The notes beneath the pieces were generated by a model. It was not told the origin of the DNA and did no database searches. It saw only the letters and a program-made list of their open reading frames with translations. DNA of 49,229 nt from Oligosphaeraceae bacterium (GTDB lineage Bacteria > Verrucomicrobiota > Lentisphaeria > Oligosphaerales > Oligosphaeraceae). The stretch is taken from assembly GCA_012799725.1 (NCBI GenBank), contig JAAZKR010000074.1, positions 1-49,229 of the forward strand, written 5' to 3'. Each line of letters opens with the position of its first letter. The stretch's first letter is position 1. Below are positions 9,981 to 18,674 of the stretch, piece by piece. A program made the translations under genes and the position numbers.

Positions 9981-10079
9981 ATCCGCAGATTTACTCAGAT
10001 TAGCGCAGTTTTCTTATCTTAGGAGCGCGTTTTCAAAAGTGGTCCCTAAAAATCTGCGGCATCTGTGTAATCTGTGGAT
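9981..10079. repeat. Inverted pair of GCAGAT-word elements
   Basis: atccgcagatttactcagattagcgcagtttt (9981-10012) faces aaaaatctgcggcatctgtgtaatctgtggat (10048-10079). The reverse complement of the second is atccacagattacacagatgccgcagattttt. The pair lies in the argS-lnt intergenic region. Confidence 0.7.
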
Positions 10080-10169
10080 TGAGTCTTTCAACTGGGTTGC
10101 GGACGGTCAGTCCGCGCCAAGTTTCTTGCGTTTTCTGCGGTTAAAAAATAGAATTTCTGTTTTAGTTTC

Positions 10170-11867
10170 ATGTCCAGTATTGCTTCGGAATCTGATTTAC
10201 GCGCCGACGAGCAGGCTGTCGGTACGCCGGCCATCCCGCCTACTTGGTATTTTATTGCTTCACTGATTTCCGGGTTATTGCTCAGTGCCTGCTTTCCTCC
10301 TTTGAGCTGGAGTTTTCTAGTTTGGCTGGCATTTATTCCCTTGCTGCTTATTCCACCGCCGTCTTCCTGGGGACTTCGCTTGCTGGTCGGTTATTTTTGG
10401 GGCTATGTGCATGCGGCCAGTTCGCTGCTTTGGCTCAATGAGGTGGGCTTTGGTGCCGGCTGGTTATTGTCTCTGTACTGTGCTCTATATCCCATGCTGT
10501 GGTACTTTCTTTTCAGCGCGGCCACTTGGTGGCTGCGACAGAGTCCCGCACCCGAATACTCCGGTGCCGGTTTGCTGTACATACATGCATTGCCACGCAC
10601 GATATTTCTGTGTTTTTTCGCTGCATCCAGTTGGTGTGCGCTGGAGTGGCTGCGTTCCTGGCTGTTCACCGGCTTCCCCTGGAATCAACTGGGCATCAGC
10701 CAATATCAATGTGTCTCATTGTTGCAAAGTGCGGCCTATCTAGGCGTCTATGGACTTTCTTTCCTGATTGTATTTGTCAATATGAGCCTGAGCGTGGAGT
10801 TCTGTCAGGCATTGCGGCGCAAACTGGCTCAAAAGGGCAGGCGTTTCACTTGGCATCTGCTGCTTTGTGTTCTGCTTTTTGTGCCCGTGCTCTGCTGGAA
10901 TATGAATGCCAAAATGGAATTTAACGAAGAAAGTGAGCAGCTCATGGCTTTGGTAGTTCAGGGCGATATCCCACAGTGCCGGAATTGGACCGAGCAAGAG
11001 TTTCAACAGGCCTTGCAGGTCTATACCGGCCTGACCAGAGAGGAAGCGCTGCTGGAGCCGCGCCCTGATTTGGTCGTCTGGCCTGAGTCGGCCGTGCCGG
11101 CCGCCATAGACTACCCGGAATACGCCGAAAGTCTTCGCCAGCTTCAGGATTTTACCCAAACACCGTTGTTGTTGGGGGCGACTAACTATAGGCAAGACCC
11201 GGTTGATCCCGAAGAATACAACTTGTTCAATAGCGCATTTTTACTCGATGCCAAAGCTAGAGTGATCAATTATTATGACAAAATACACCCGGTGCCTTTT
11301 GGGGAATACGTGCCCGGAAGCAAGTATTGGCCCTGGTTGGTTGAGCTGATAGGCATGGGCAGAGACCTGAGTTCAGGTTCCAAATATACCGTTTTTGATA
11401 TGCCAAAAGGCGCCAAGGCAGGGGTGAATATCTGTTTTGAAGATGTCTTCCCGGAAATCAGCCGACGCTTCACGCAGCGCGGTGCCAATCTGCTTTTCAC
11501 TATTACTAATGACTCCTGGTATAACCAAAGCGCCGGTTCCAAGCAGCATCTCAGCCATGTGGTTTTTCGTGCTGTGGAAAATCGTCGTCCCCTGCTGCGT
11601 TCTGGTAGCAATAGCGATACTTGTATGATTTCACCACGTGGTGAAATACTGGGAATTATGCGCGATCCTAAAAGCGGCAGCTACTTCACACGGGGTGCTA
11701 TGCGCTTTGCATTGCCGGTGCGGGATGACTGGGGAGAAACATTTTATACCAGATATGGCAATCTTTTTGCTGCTTGCTGCGTTATATTCACAACGCTAAG
11801 CTGTGCTGCCCTTTTCGGAACATGGTTTAATCGCAAGAAAAAACTGTTCGAGGAAATCAGCGCATGA
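10170..11867 (+). CDS. lnt: Apolipoprotein N-acyltransferase
   Basis: 565 aa with a polytopic N-terminal half followed by a CN-hydrolase domain. The Glu-Lys-Cys triad context is visible as VVWPESAVP, YDKIHPVPFGEY and VNICFEDVFPE. Confidence 0.85.
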   Translation: MSSIASESDLRADEQAVGTPAIPPTWYFIASLISGLLLSACFPPLSWSFLVWLAFIPLLLIPPPSSWGLRLLVGYFWGYVHAASSLLWLNEVGFGAGWLLSLYCALYPMLWYFLFSAATWWLRQSPAPEYSGAGLLYIHALPRTIFLCFFAASSWCALEWLRSWLFTGFPWNQLGISQYQCVSLLQSAAYLGVYGLSFLIVFVNMSLSVEFCQALRRKLAQKGRRFTWHLLLCVLLFVPVLCWNMNAKMEFNEESEQLMALVVQGDIPQCRNWTEQEFQQALQVYTGLTREEALLEPRPDLVVWPESAVPAAIDYPEYAESLRQLQDFTQTPLLLGATNYRQDPVDPEEYNLFNSAFLLDAKARVINYYDKIHPVPFGEYVPGSKYWPWLVELIGMGRDLSSGSKYTVFDMPKGAKAGVNICFEDVFPEISRRFTQRGANLLFTITNDSWYNQSAGSKQHLSHVVFRAVENRRPLLRSGSNSDTCMISPRGEILGIMRDPKSGSYFTRGAMRFALPVRDDWGETFYTRYGNLFAACCVIFTTLSCAALFGTWFNRKKKLFEEISA

Positions 11868-11961
11868 AAATATCGGGCCTGCGGTTTTGTCGGGTAGATG
11901 GACTTGTTAGAACGAGACAGTTAATGAACTTGGCGGATATTATTTCCAGTGTCAGCTTAAA

Positions 11962-12768
11962 ATGCAAGAACAAAGAGCATATCTGGATGTGAAGGGGCGC
12001 AAACTCTATTTCGCCCTATACTTGCCGGCACAAAAAAAGGCCGATTGCGCCCTGCTAATGGCCGAGCCTTTCGGCGAAGAAAAGCGCAGCTGCTCCCGCA
12101 TGCTGCATAGATTGGCGAAAAAATTACAGCAGGAAAATATTGCTGTGCTAAAATTCGATTTCAGTGGCACTGGCGACAGCGCCGGTACTGCTGCTATTGC
12201 GGAATGGCGACATTGGCAGGAGGAACTCGATAAAGCGCTGGAATTCTTGCAACAACAAAGCCAGGCAAAGCAGCTGGCGCTGCTAGGGCTGAGAGCCGGC
12301 GCGCTATTGGCGGCAGAATTAGCTTCCAGGAAAAATGTGGATAAGCTATTGCTGGGCGAGCCCATCTTGTCCGGCAGTGAGCTTCTTGTTGAACTGGAGA
12401 AACGACAAAAAATAAAGGAGGCTATTTCGGGCAGCCCGGTTAGCGATCCTGCTGAGGACAGCTGGCGCAAAGGTGAAAATGTAGATTTTGCCGGTTTTGA
12501 GATCAATCCGGATTTTGCAGCGCAACTAAACCAGGCAGAATTGTTGGCCTATCTGCAAAAACTCAATCCGGCTACTGCCGTGTTGCTGCTGCGAGTCAGT
12601 GCTGTAAATAAATTCCCGTCCGCTTGGTTGCCCTGCATAGAGGCGCTTGAGCGGCATCCTGGCTCGCAAGCCTTGATCGTCAAGGATAAACCCTTTTGGG
12701 GACAACTGGAGTACTACGAATCCGACGCCGTCTTGCAACCTATGCTGGAGTTTTTACACGGCTCTTGA
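11962..12768 (+). CDS. Alpha/beta-hydrolase fold protein resembling exosortase-A-associated hydrolase 2 (Arg at nucleophile position)
   Basis: 268 aa. The segments AEPFGEEKRSCSRM, KFDFSGTGDSAG, LLGLRAGALLA and LLLGEPILSG match my recollection of the TIGR03101-type family. The nucleophile elbow reads G-L-R-A-G (12286-12300). Confidence 0.6.
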   Translation: MQEQRAYLDVKGRKLYFALYLPAQKKADCALLMAEPFGEEKRSCSRMLHRLAKKLQQENIAVLKFDFSGTGDSAGTAAIAEWRHWQEELDKALEFLQQQSQAKQLALLGLRAGALLAAELASRKNVDKLLLGEPILSGSELLVELEKRQKIKEAISGSPVSDPAEDSWRKGENVDFAGFEINPDFAAQLNQAELLAYLQKLNPATAVLLLRVSAVNKFPSAWLPCIEALERHPGSQALIVKDKPFWGQLEYYESDAVLQPMLEFLHGS

Positions 12769-12792
12769 GTGGCTCCATTCAAGAAGATTTTT

Positions 12793-12815
12793 ATCCGCAG
12801 ACAGATGCAGATTTT
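12793..12815 (+). repeat. GCAGAT-word intergenic repeat (single copy)
   Basis: atccgcagacagatgcagatttt lies 15 nt upstream of the ATG at 12830. Confidence 0.55.
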
Positions 12816-12829
12816 CAGGATAATGACCA

Positions 12830-14020
12830 ATGACAAAAAAGTTTTTCATTGCTGTTTTGATATCTTGTCTTTGCTGGCTTTGTGCTGAAGAAATGCCACG
12901 TCCCGGCTTGGAAGGCCTGGCTTGGGAATACGGTGTTTCTGATACGAATGAACAGGCTTTGGTGATGGCACTCAAGGAACCTTTGTTACAGGAACTAGAC
13001 GTAGAGACCGCATTGCAACATTGGTTTGACGGAAGGCTTTTGCATTCGCAAAACAAACTGGAGGCGGCGCAGGAAAAATGGCGGCAGGGGCTGTCTTTAC
13101 TGACAGAGTTAAAACCATTGCCGCCGGTGATACATACTGCCGCTCCCAAGGCTGAATTTAGTGTTTTAAGCGAGTTGAAACTTGCAGAATTTCCCGATGT
13201 GCAGGCGCAAGTAGTATTTTGGCAAGTCAATAATCTGCGTCAATATGGCTTGGTACTGGCATTGCGGGAAAAAACTCCCGGTCACAAATATCCACTTGTG
13301 CTTTATGGGCATGGTGCAGCTTTCGGCCTGCCTAATAGCTTCTGCAACTGGTTGGCGCGGCACCTGGTGCGCCGAGGATATGTCGTTATTGCTCCTGCTA
13401 TGCGTGGTGAACCACTTTTTCAGATACAGATACCTATCAACGGCAAAGAGTTGGTTTGCGATGGAGGAATCGAGAATTTAGACGGCGAAGTAGATGATTG
13501 CCTGGCTATGCTTGACGCTGCCTGGAAGCTGCCCTATGTCAGAAAAGACGAATTTGCCATGTTGGGTCATAGTTTTGGCGCCGGGGTTGCCTTGCTGGCA
13601 GTAGCCAGGATGGGGGAGGCTGCCAAGGCGGCAGTGAGTTATGATGCTTGGCTGGTGAATCCACAGCGTTACTACTGGGATCGCATGCGTCGCGGCGCTA
13701 ATAACTGGCTATCATGGGAGAGCTACTGCAATCAACCTGTGAAAGAACAGTTGCGCGGATTGCAAAAGCGCAGTCTTCTCCATCACGTTGAGCAGATCAG
13801 GGCGCCCTTGCTGCTTTTCATGGGTGGTGGTTATGATGGCAGTGTATTTCATCTTAGTCACGATGATCTCTGCAAAAAGCTTGCAGCGCATAACAAGCAG
13901 TATCGTTATGTACTCGTGCCCGGTGGCGACCACAACTTTGTGTTACGCGACAATGCGTCGGCGCGTCATGCACTGTCCATACAGCAGCAATTTCTACAGG
14001 AGCATTATCCTGCTCGCTGA
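12830..14020 (+). CDS. Secreted/lipoprotein alpha/beta hydrolase (dienelactone hydrolase / S9 peptidase-like)
   Basis: 396 aa. The N-terminus MTKKFFIAVLISC has a lipobox-like L-I-S-C. The canonical nucleophile elbow is MLGHSFGAG and the C-terminal His context is VPGGDHNF. Confidence 0.7.
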   Translation: MTKKFFIAVLISCLCWLCAEEMPRPGLEGLAWEYGVSDTNEQALVMALKEPLLQELDVETALQHWFDGRLLHSQNKLEAAQEKWRQGLSLLTELKPLPPVIHTAAPKAEFSVLSELKLAEFPDVQAQVVFWQVNNLRQYGLVLALREKTPGHKYPLVLYGHGAAFGLPNSFCNWLARHLVRRGYVVIAPAMRGEPLFQIQIPINGKELVCDGGIENLDGEVDDCLAMLDAAWKLPYVRKDEFAMLGHSFGAGVALLAVARMGEAAKAAVSYDAWLVNPQRYYWDRMRRGANNWLSWESYCNQPVKEQLRGLQKRSLLHHVEQIRAPLLLFMGGGYDGSVFHLSHDDLCKKLAAHNKQYRYVLVPGGDHNFVLRDNASARHALSIQQQFLQEHYPAR

Positions 14021-14081
14021 TCACATCGCTCAGGCTAGGCGGCTGCGAGTCGAAATAGCCTCTCATGCCAAACAAGTTGCT

Positions 14082-15035
14082 ATGTCTATAGAAAACCGGA
14101 TTACTTTCGATCAGGCTTTTAGCGAAGAGCCATTTACTTTTTCCTGTGGCACCTTGCAGTTGCGTGGCATACTCAGCTTGCCGCTGAAACAGGAAATGCG
14201 GGGCGCTCTGGTCTGCTCACATGGTTGGAGCGGTACGCGTTCCGGGCCGGTGGGCCTGCTTACGGATTTGGCGCGCAGTCTGGCAAGCAAAGGTTACGCC
14301 GTATTGCGATTTGACTACGCCGGCCGCGGTGAAAGCGATGGTGCCGGGCTGCAAAGCAGCCTCTTGACTATGGCTGACAACTTGGAGGCGGCCAGCAAGG
14401 CCATAAAAAAACATCTAAACTGTAATGAATTACATTATTTGGGGCTTTGTTCCGGAGCTAATGTTGTTATAGGTGCTCTGAAAAGGTTGCCCGAAGCAAA
14501 GTCGCTGCTCCTGCTCTCAGTATATCCTTTTTCAGATGGTGACAGCTTTTCGCGTGACCTGAACCGCCTTGCTTATTTGCTCAGGGTTTACTGGCAAAAG
14601 GCATTGCGCAAAGAGACCTGGAAGCGGCTATTTGCCGGTGATGTGCGTCTTACTCAAGTTTTTCGCGTACTTTTTGCTCCTCTATTGAAAGGCAAGTCCA
14701 ATCAAAAAAAAGAAGGTGCTGCTACAACCGGCAGTGATAATACCAAGCCTGATTTCAGCGCGCGCAGTTCCAAGGCGACCAAAAGCGAAAGCCGCTTGCA
14801 ACAAAAGGCAGCGCCACAGTCGCACCTCAAGAATCTACGCGCCGACCTGCCGGTGCTTATGCTCTATGGTACAGCTGATCCGGATGCCAAAAGCGCAGCA
14901 AAGTACTTCGGCGAATATGCCGAACAAGAACAACTGCCATTGCAAATCGACTATTTAGAAGGCGCAGACCACAATTTTACTTCACAGAAATTCCGGCAAG
15001 AACTCAAAGAAAGAGTACAGGAGTTTTTCAGATAG
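14082..15035 (+). CDS. Alpha/beta-hydrolase fold protein resembling exosortase-A-associated hydrolase 1 (Cys at nucleophile position)
   Basis: The ORF track begins at 13788, but that start overlaps the previous gene by 233 nt. The ATG at 14082 (MSIENRITFDQAF) removes the overlap. The segments LRFDYAGRGESDG, YLGLCSGAN (elbow G-L-C-S-G, 14442-14456), YWQKALRKETWKRLFAGDV, LYGTADPD and GADHNF resemble the TIGR03100-type family. Confidence 0.6.
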   Translation: MSIENRITFDQAFSEEPFTFSCGTLQLRGILSLPLKQEMRGALVCSHGWSGTRSGPVGLLTDLARSLASKGYAVLRFDYAGRGESDGAGLQSSLLTMADNLEAASKAIKKHLNCNELHYLGLCSGANVVIGALKRLPEAKSLLLLSVYPFSDGDSFSRDLNRLAYLLRVYWQKALRKETWKRLFAGDVRLTQVFRVLFAPLLKGKSNQKKEGAATTGSDNTKPDFSARSSKATKSESRLQQKAAPQSHLKNLRADLPVLMLYGTADPDAKSAAKYFGEYAEQEQLPLQIDYLEGADHNFTSQKFRQELKERVQEFFR

Positions 15036-15083
15036 CTTTATCGGCATGCCAGGTGTTTCCGGCGGTTGCTCCTTTTCATTGAA

Positions 15084-15181
15084 CCGCCAAGAACGCCAAG
15101 AACACCAAGAGCGCCAAGAGCGCCAAGGTCGGCTTTACGGAATGGCGTCGTATAACCGCCAAGAACGCCAAGAACGCCAAG
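15084..15181 (+). repeat. CGCCAAGAA-word tandem repeat clusters
   Basis: ccgccaagaacgccaagaacaccaagagcgccaagagcgccaagg is followed by ataaccgccaagaacgccaagaacgccaag. The period is 9 nt. The clusters lie in the convergent intergenic region between the hydrolase gene and the AraC gene, and they generate the spurious ORF NRQERQEHQERQERQ. Confidence 0.8.
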
Positions 15182-15206
15182 TTTATTACAAAACTTCGCA
15201 CATCAC

Positions 15207-16109
15207 CTATTTTTTTGCAGTCAAGCGCCGCCGGAAATTTTTAGGTGAAAGCTGATGGTATTTTTTGAAAGATGTAGAAAAATATAACTGATTTTTGTAG
15301 CCGAGGGCAGCGGCAATTTCTTTGATGGAGCGTTCACTGTGCCGCAACATCCACTCAGCCATAGTCATGCGTTTATTGGTCATATAAGCCAAAGGGGTAC
15401 AATGGCAATGATCCCTAAACATACGATAAATCGTTGCCTTGCTCACATGAAGATTCCTGGCCAAATCCTCAACCGTTAGCATCTGGTTTAGGTTATTGTC
15501 TATCATTTCCATCAACAACAGCATTTTTTCAGGTATGGGCGCACTGCTTATTTCCTTGACCAGATGTAGCAGAAGTTCATAAGCGGCTGCATCTGCCTGT
15601 CGCAAAGAGGCGCTGTCTCCCGTTAAGAGCAATTTTTCTATTGTCATGAATTTTGCTTCTATTTCATCAGGATCACTCAATTTGATGAAGGCGCAATCAT
15701 TCAGTCGCAGAGATGTGACGATGGCTTCGAGCAGCTGCCCATTAAGAATAATAGTCCGTTTACGAGCCCTTGTGGTTGTACACATCATCTCAATATCATG
15801 ATGCAGATGCACTATGAAAAGACAACCAGGTGGGGCAGCATAATGCACGCCATTGTCCGCAAATAGAAATTCTCCTTCTATGACTAGTTCAAGCGCAAAG
15901 GTGTTCGAATCACGACGATATCGGAAGACATTATCCCCCCAATATCCGATTCCAGCTGTATAGACTGATAGCACTGGGGCTACTTCAGGCTCACGATACA
16001 AAAAACGATGCCTTGGCAACCTGCCTTCATTGCATCCTCCCAAGATACTGCTTCCTTCAGATTCTATTATCTTGGATTTACGCAACAGGCATTCTATTTT
16101 ATCCTGCAT
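15207..16109 (-). CDS. AraC-family transcriptional regulator
   Basis: 300 aa. The C-terminal double HTH includes LTVEDLARNLHVSKATIYRMFRDH and IKEIAAALGYKNQLYFSTSFKKYHQLSPKNFRR. The N-terminal ligand domain is cupin-like. Confidence 0.85.
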   Translation of the reverse strand: MQDKIECLLRKSKIIESEGSSILGGCNEGRLPRHRFLYREPEVAPVLSVYTAGIGYWGDNVFRYRRDSNTFALELVIEGEFLFADNGVHYAAPPGCLFIVHLHHDIEMMCTTTRARKRTIILNGQLLEAIVTSLRLNDCAFIKLSDPDEIEAKFMTIEKLLLTGDSASLRQADAAAYELLLHLVKEISSAPIPEKMLLLMEMIDNNLNQMLTVEDLARNLHVSKATIYRMFRDHCHCTPLAYMTNKRMTMAEWMLRHSERSIKEIAAALGYKNQLYFSTSFKKYHQLSPKNFRRRLTAKK

Positions 16110-16278
16110 GTCTATTTCCTTCTTTCCCAGTTTTCCATGTCTTATTATTTCAAATACCTTTGAGAGTATTTTGAATATAATACCTTCTTTATTGCCTTGA
16201 TTACTATGAAAACAGATATAATATTAATATATATCAAAACGAAAAACAACCTGATTCAATATCCCTTGTGGCGTAGTA

Positions 16279-17853
16279 ATGCAGCAAATGAAAAAATATG
16301 CAAGCCTGAAAGGCGGACAACTTTTTGCATTTTCTGCTGTCGATGGAACAACTGACTGGTACAATGGACTTGTCGGACGCATCATCGGCAACTGTCTGGA
16401 GTTGAAATTGCCACACGATGGCGGTTGTTTGCTTTTTCCTGACACTCCAGACGGCATATATTCCGATTGCCTTGTAGCCGGTCATACCCGCGCGGCATTT
16501 GCTGACGCTTTTAATATCATTATTGAAGGTGATGTGCTTCCATTAGGGCTCCCCGCCGGCTATGTTTGCAAACAAGCAGGCAATACAACGATTATCGCAG
16601 CAGAAGGCCATCTGAATACAGCATGGCTAAATGCAGATTTCAATGATATCTTTAATTCCCGGAAGCAATGGCTGGATAATCTTCACCTGGAAGCAAGCCC
16701 TGTTCTACGACGTGCAGTCTCACAACTCAAATCACAGCTCAACTCTCCTCAAGGGCTTATTAAACATAAGTGGACGACTCCCGACCGATGGCCCCATCGC
16801 AACATGTGGCTTTGGGATTCGGTCTTCCATGCATTGGGTTTGCGGCATATTGATACTTGTCTGGCACAAGAGACATTACGGGCTGTTTTCGATGTGCAGG
16901 ATGCCGCCACTGGCTTCATCCCACACATGGGCACCCCCGACGGACGCAGCAACATCACACAACCTCCTGTTCTTGCATATGGCATGCGCAAAATTTGGGA
17001 ATTGGACGGTGATTTGGATTTCATCGCAGAATTCTATCCACGGAACAAAGCTTTTTTGGAGTGGTGCGTTACAAATCGGGATCAGGATGGCGAAGGACTG
17101 TTGGAGTGGTTCATTGACGGACAACCCTTCTGCCGGTGTGGCGAAAGTGGCATGGACAACTCAATCCGTTTTGATGAAGCAGTTCTGCTGGATGCGCCTG
17201 ACTTTAACGCGTTCTACGCACAGGAATGTGGCATTATGGCTCAATTTGCACGTATGCTGAATCTGCCACAGGACGAAATTTTTTGGATAAGCCGCCAGAC
17301 TGCCGTAAACCAGCGAATGAATGAACGCTTATGGGATGAAAAACATGGTCTCTACTGTGATTTCAATCCAAAGACCAGAGAGTTTTCACCTGTTCTATCC
17401 GCCGCCGGTTTTCTTCCTCTTATCAGTGGTGCCCCTACTCCTGAAATGGCCAGCAAAATGGTCGCTCTTCTTCAGGATTCAAACAAATTTGCCGCTCCGC
17501 TCCCAGTTCCATCCATTGCTTTGGATGCGCCAGGCTGGAGCCGGGATATGTGGAGGGGACCCACATGGGTCAATATCAACTTACTGATAGCTGAAGGGCT
17601 TGCCAACTACGGCTATTCTTCGTTGGCAGAGGAAATCACAGCCAAAACCTGCCATGCCATTGAAAAGTACTTTGACCGATATGGTACATTCTTCGAATAC
17701 TACGATGCCCTGGAACAGCTCCCCCCAGTCAAGCTTGACAGAAAAGGGCCTAATGACATCTTCAAAGTTTACCAGCAACCATTACGAGACTATGGCTGGA
17801 CAGCGACACTATACATCGATACATGCATGAAAAATAGGAGACAATCATTTTGA
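16279..17853 (+). CDS. Cytoplasmic (alpha/alpha)6-barrel glycoside hydrolase, GH63/GH37-like
   Basis: 524 aa with no signal peptide. Motifs typical of GH63/trehalase-like six-hairpin enzymes are present: [18 protein letters not shown] and [13 protein letters not shown], plus a C-terminal [11 protein letters not shown]-type segment. The family call is from motif recognition only. Confidence 0.6.
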   Translation: MQQMKKYASLKGGQLFAFSAVDGTTDWYNGLVGRIIGNCLELKLPHDGGCLLFPDTPDGIYSDCLVAGHTRAAFADAFNIIIEGDVLPLGLPAGYVCKQAGNTTIIAAEGHLNTAWLNADFNDIFNSRKQWLDNLHLEASPVLRRAVSQLKSQLNSPQGLIKHKWTTPDRWPHRNMWLWDSVFHALGLRHIDTCLAQETLRAVFDVQDAATGFIPHMGTPDGRSNITQPPVLAYGMRKIWELDGDLDFIAEFYPRNKAFLEWCVTNRDQDGEGLLEWFIDGQPFCRCGESGMDNSIRFDEAVLLDAPDFNAFYAQECGIMAQFARMLNLPQDEIFWISRQTAVNQRMNERLWDEKHGLYCDFNPKTREFSPVLSAAGFLPLISGAPTPEMASKMVALLQDSNKFAAPLPVPSIALDAPGWSRDMWRGPTWVNINLLIAEGLANYGYSSLAEEITAKTCHAIEKYFDRYGTFFEYYDALEQLPPVKLDRKGPNDIFKVYQQPLRDYGWTATLYIDTCMKNRRQSF

Positions 17854-17893
17854 TTTACATCTTCCGCCCAACCACGCAAAGGAGGCACTCCAA

Positions 17894-18628
17894 ATGAACA
17901 GCCTGAAAAAAACAACTTTTACTTTGATTGAATTGCTGGTGGTAATAGCCATCATTGCTATTTTAGCGTCAATGTTGCTGCCTGCTTTAAGCAAGGCCAG
18001 AGAAAGGGCACGTACCATCACCTGCATCAACAATCAGAAACAAATTGGCCTTGCGTTTGTCGGTTACCAGGACGATAACGTTGATTACTTCCCACAGTAT
18101 TTGGGCATCATCCACGGACAGACGTTAGAACGAACCTGGGCCTTGAATTTTCTTCTGCTCGGATATGTTGATAGTGGTCATAGCAGCAAGGCAAAAATAT
18201 TCTTCTGCCCTTCTTTTTACCCAACTGGTGGAAAAAGCCAGGGCGATAATCAGCTGAGCCATATTGGATACGGCTATAACTGGCAATATGTGGGCGGCGG
18301 CCAGGCGGCCTTCTCACTGGCGGAAGCACCCGATCGAGGCAAAAGATGCGCAAAAGTCAGTGAGTTCAAATCGCTGTCAAGTCTCTATGTTATGATGGAC
18401 GCTAAATACGTGCTGCAAGACATAGGGTGCTATCGTGTTTACTACGCCACAACCAATGATGACGGCAGCGGAATGCCTGCGGTTCGCCATGCGCAAAGAC
18501 TAAATGTCCTTTTCGGAGACATGCATGTAACCACAGAAAAAGTCGTCAATTTACTGAATCCTTGGCCTGAGCTGCAAGCGCTTTACACTTCTCCATGGTC
18601 CAGTGGCCGCAATGGGCGCGTTGATTAA
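17894..18628 (+). CDS. DUF1559-type pseudopilin-like protein (prepilin-type N-terminal methylation domain)
   Basis: 244 aa. The N-terminus is [40 protein letters not shown]. The C-terminal H-X9-DG-like motif is [19 protein letters not shown] Shine-Dalgarno sequence lies at 17881-17885. Confidence 0.85.
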   Translation: MNSLKKTTFTLIELLVVIAIIAILASMLLPALSKARERARTITCINNQKQIGLAFVGYQDDNVDYFPQYLGIIHGQTLERTWALNFLLLGYVDSGHSSKAKIFFCPSFYPTGGKSQGDNQLSHIGYGYNWQYVGGGQAAFSLAEAPDRGKRCAKVSEFKSLSSLYVMMDAKYVLQDIGCYRVYYATTNDDGSGMPAVRHAQRLNVLFGDMHVTTEKVVNLLNPWPELQALYTSPWSSGRNGRVD

Positions 18629-18674
18629 ATCAGTTTTTCTCCATCAGCTTCCCATTCATAAAAGGGTAGGAAAC

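Noticed and set aside
13788-14081. N-terminal extension of the ORF 13788-15035
   Set aside because: It overlaps the strongly supported hydrolase gene 12830-14020 by 233 nt in another frame. The extension has no domain-like sequence. The ATG at 14082 gives a product whose N-terminus aligns with the family-like core.
15046-15255. 69-aa ORF with the NRQERQEHQERQERQ repeat, plus 42860-43072 (TDFTRTGHGLYTDFTRT), 10039-10266 (KNLRHLCNLWIE) and 28910-29221
   Set aside because: These are translations of the intergenic word repeats. They have no start context and no coding-like composition, and they overlap real gene starts in some cases.
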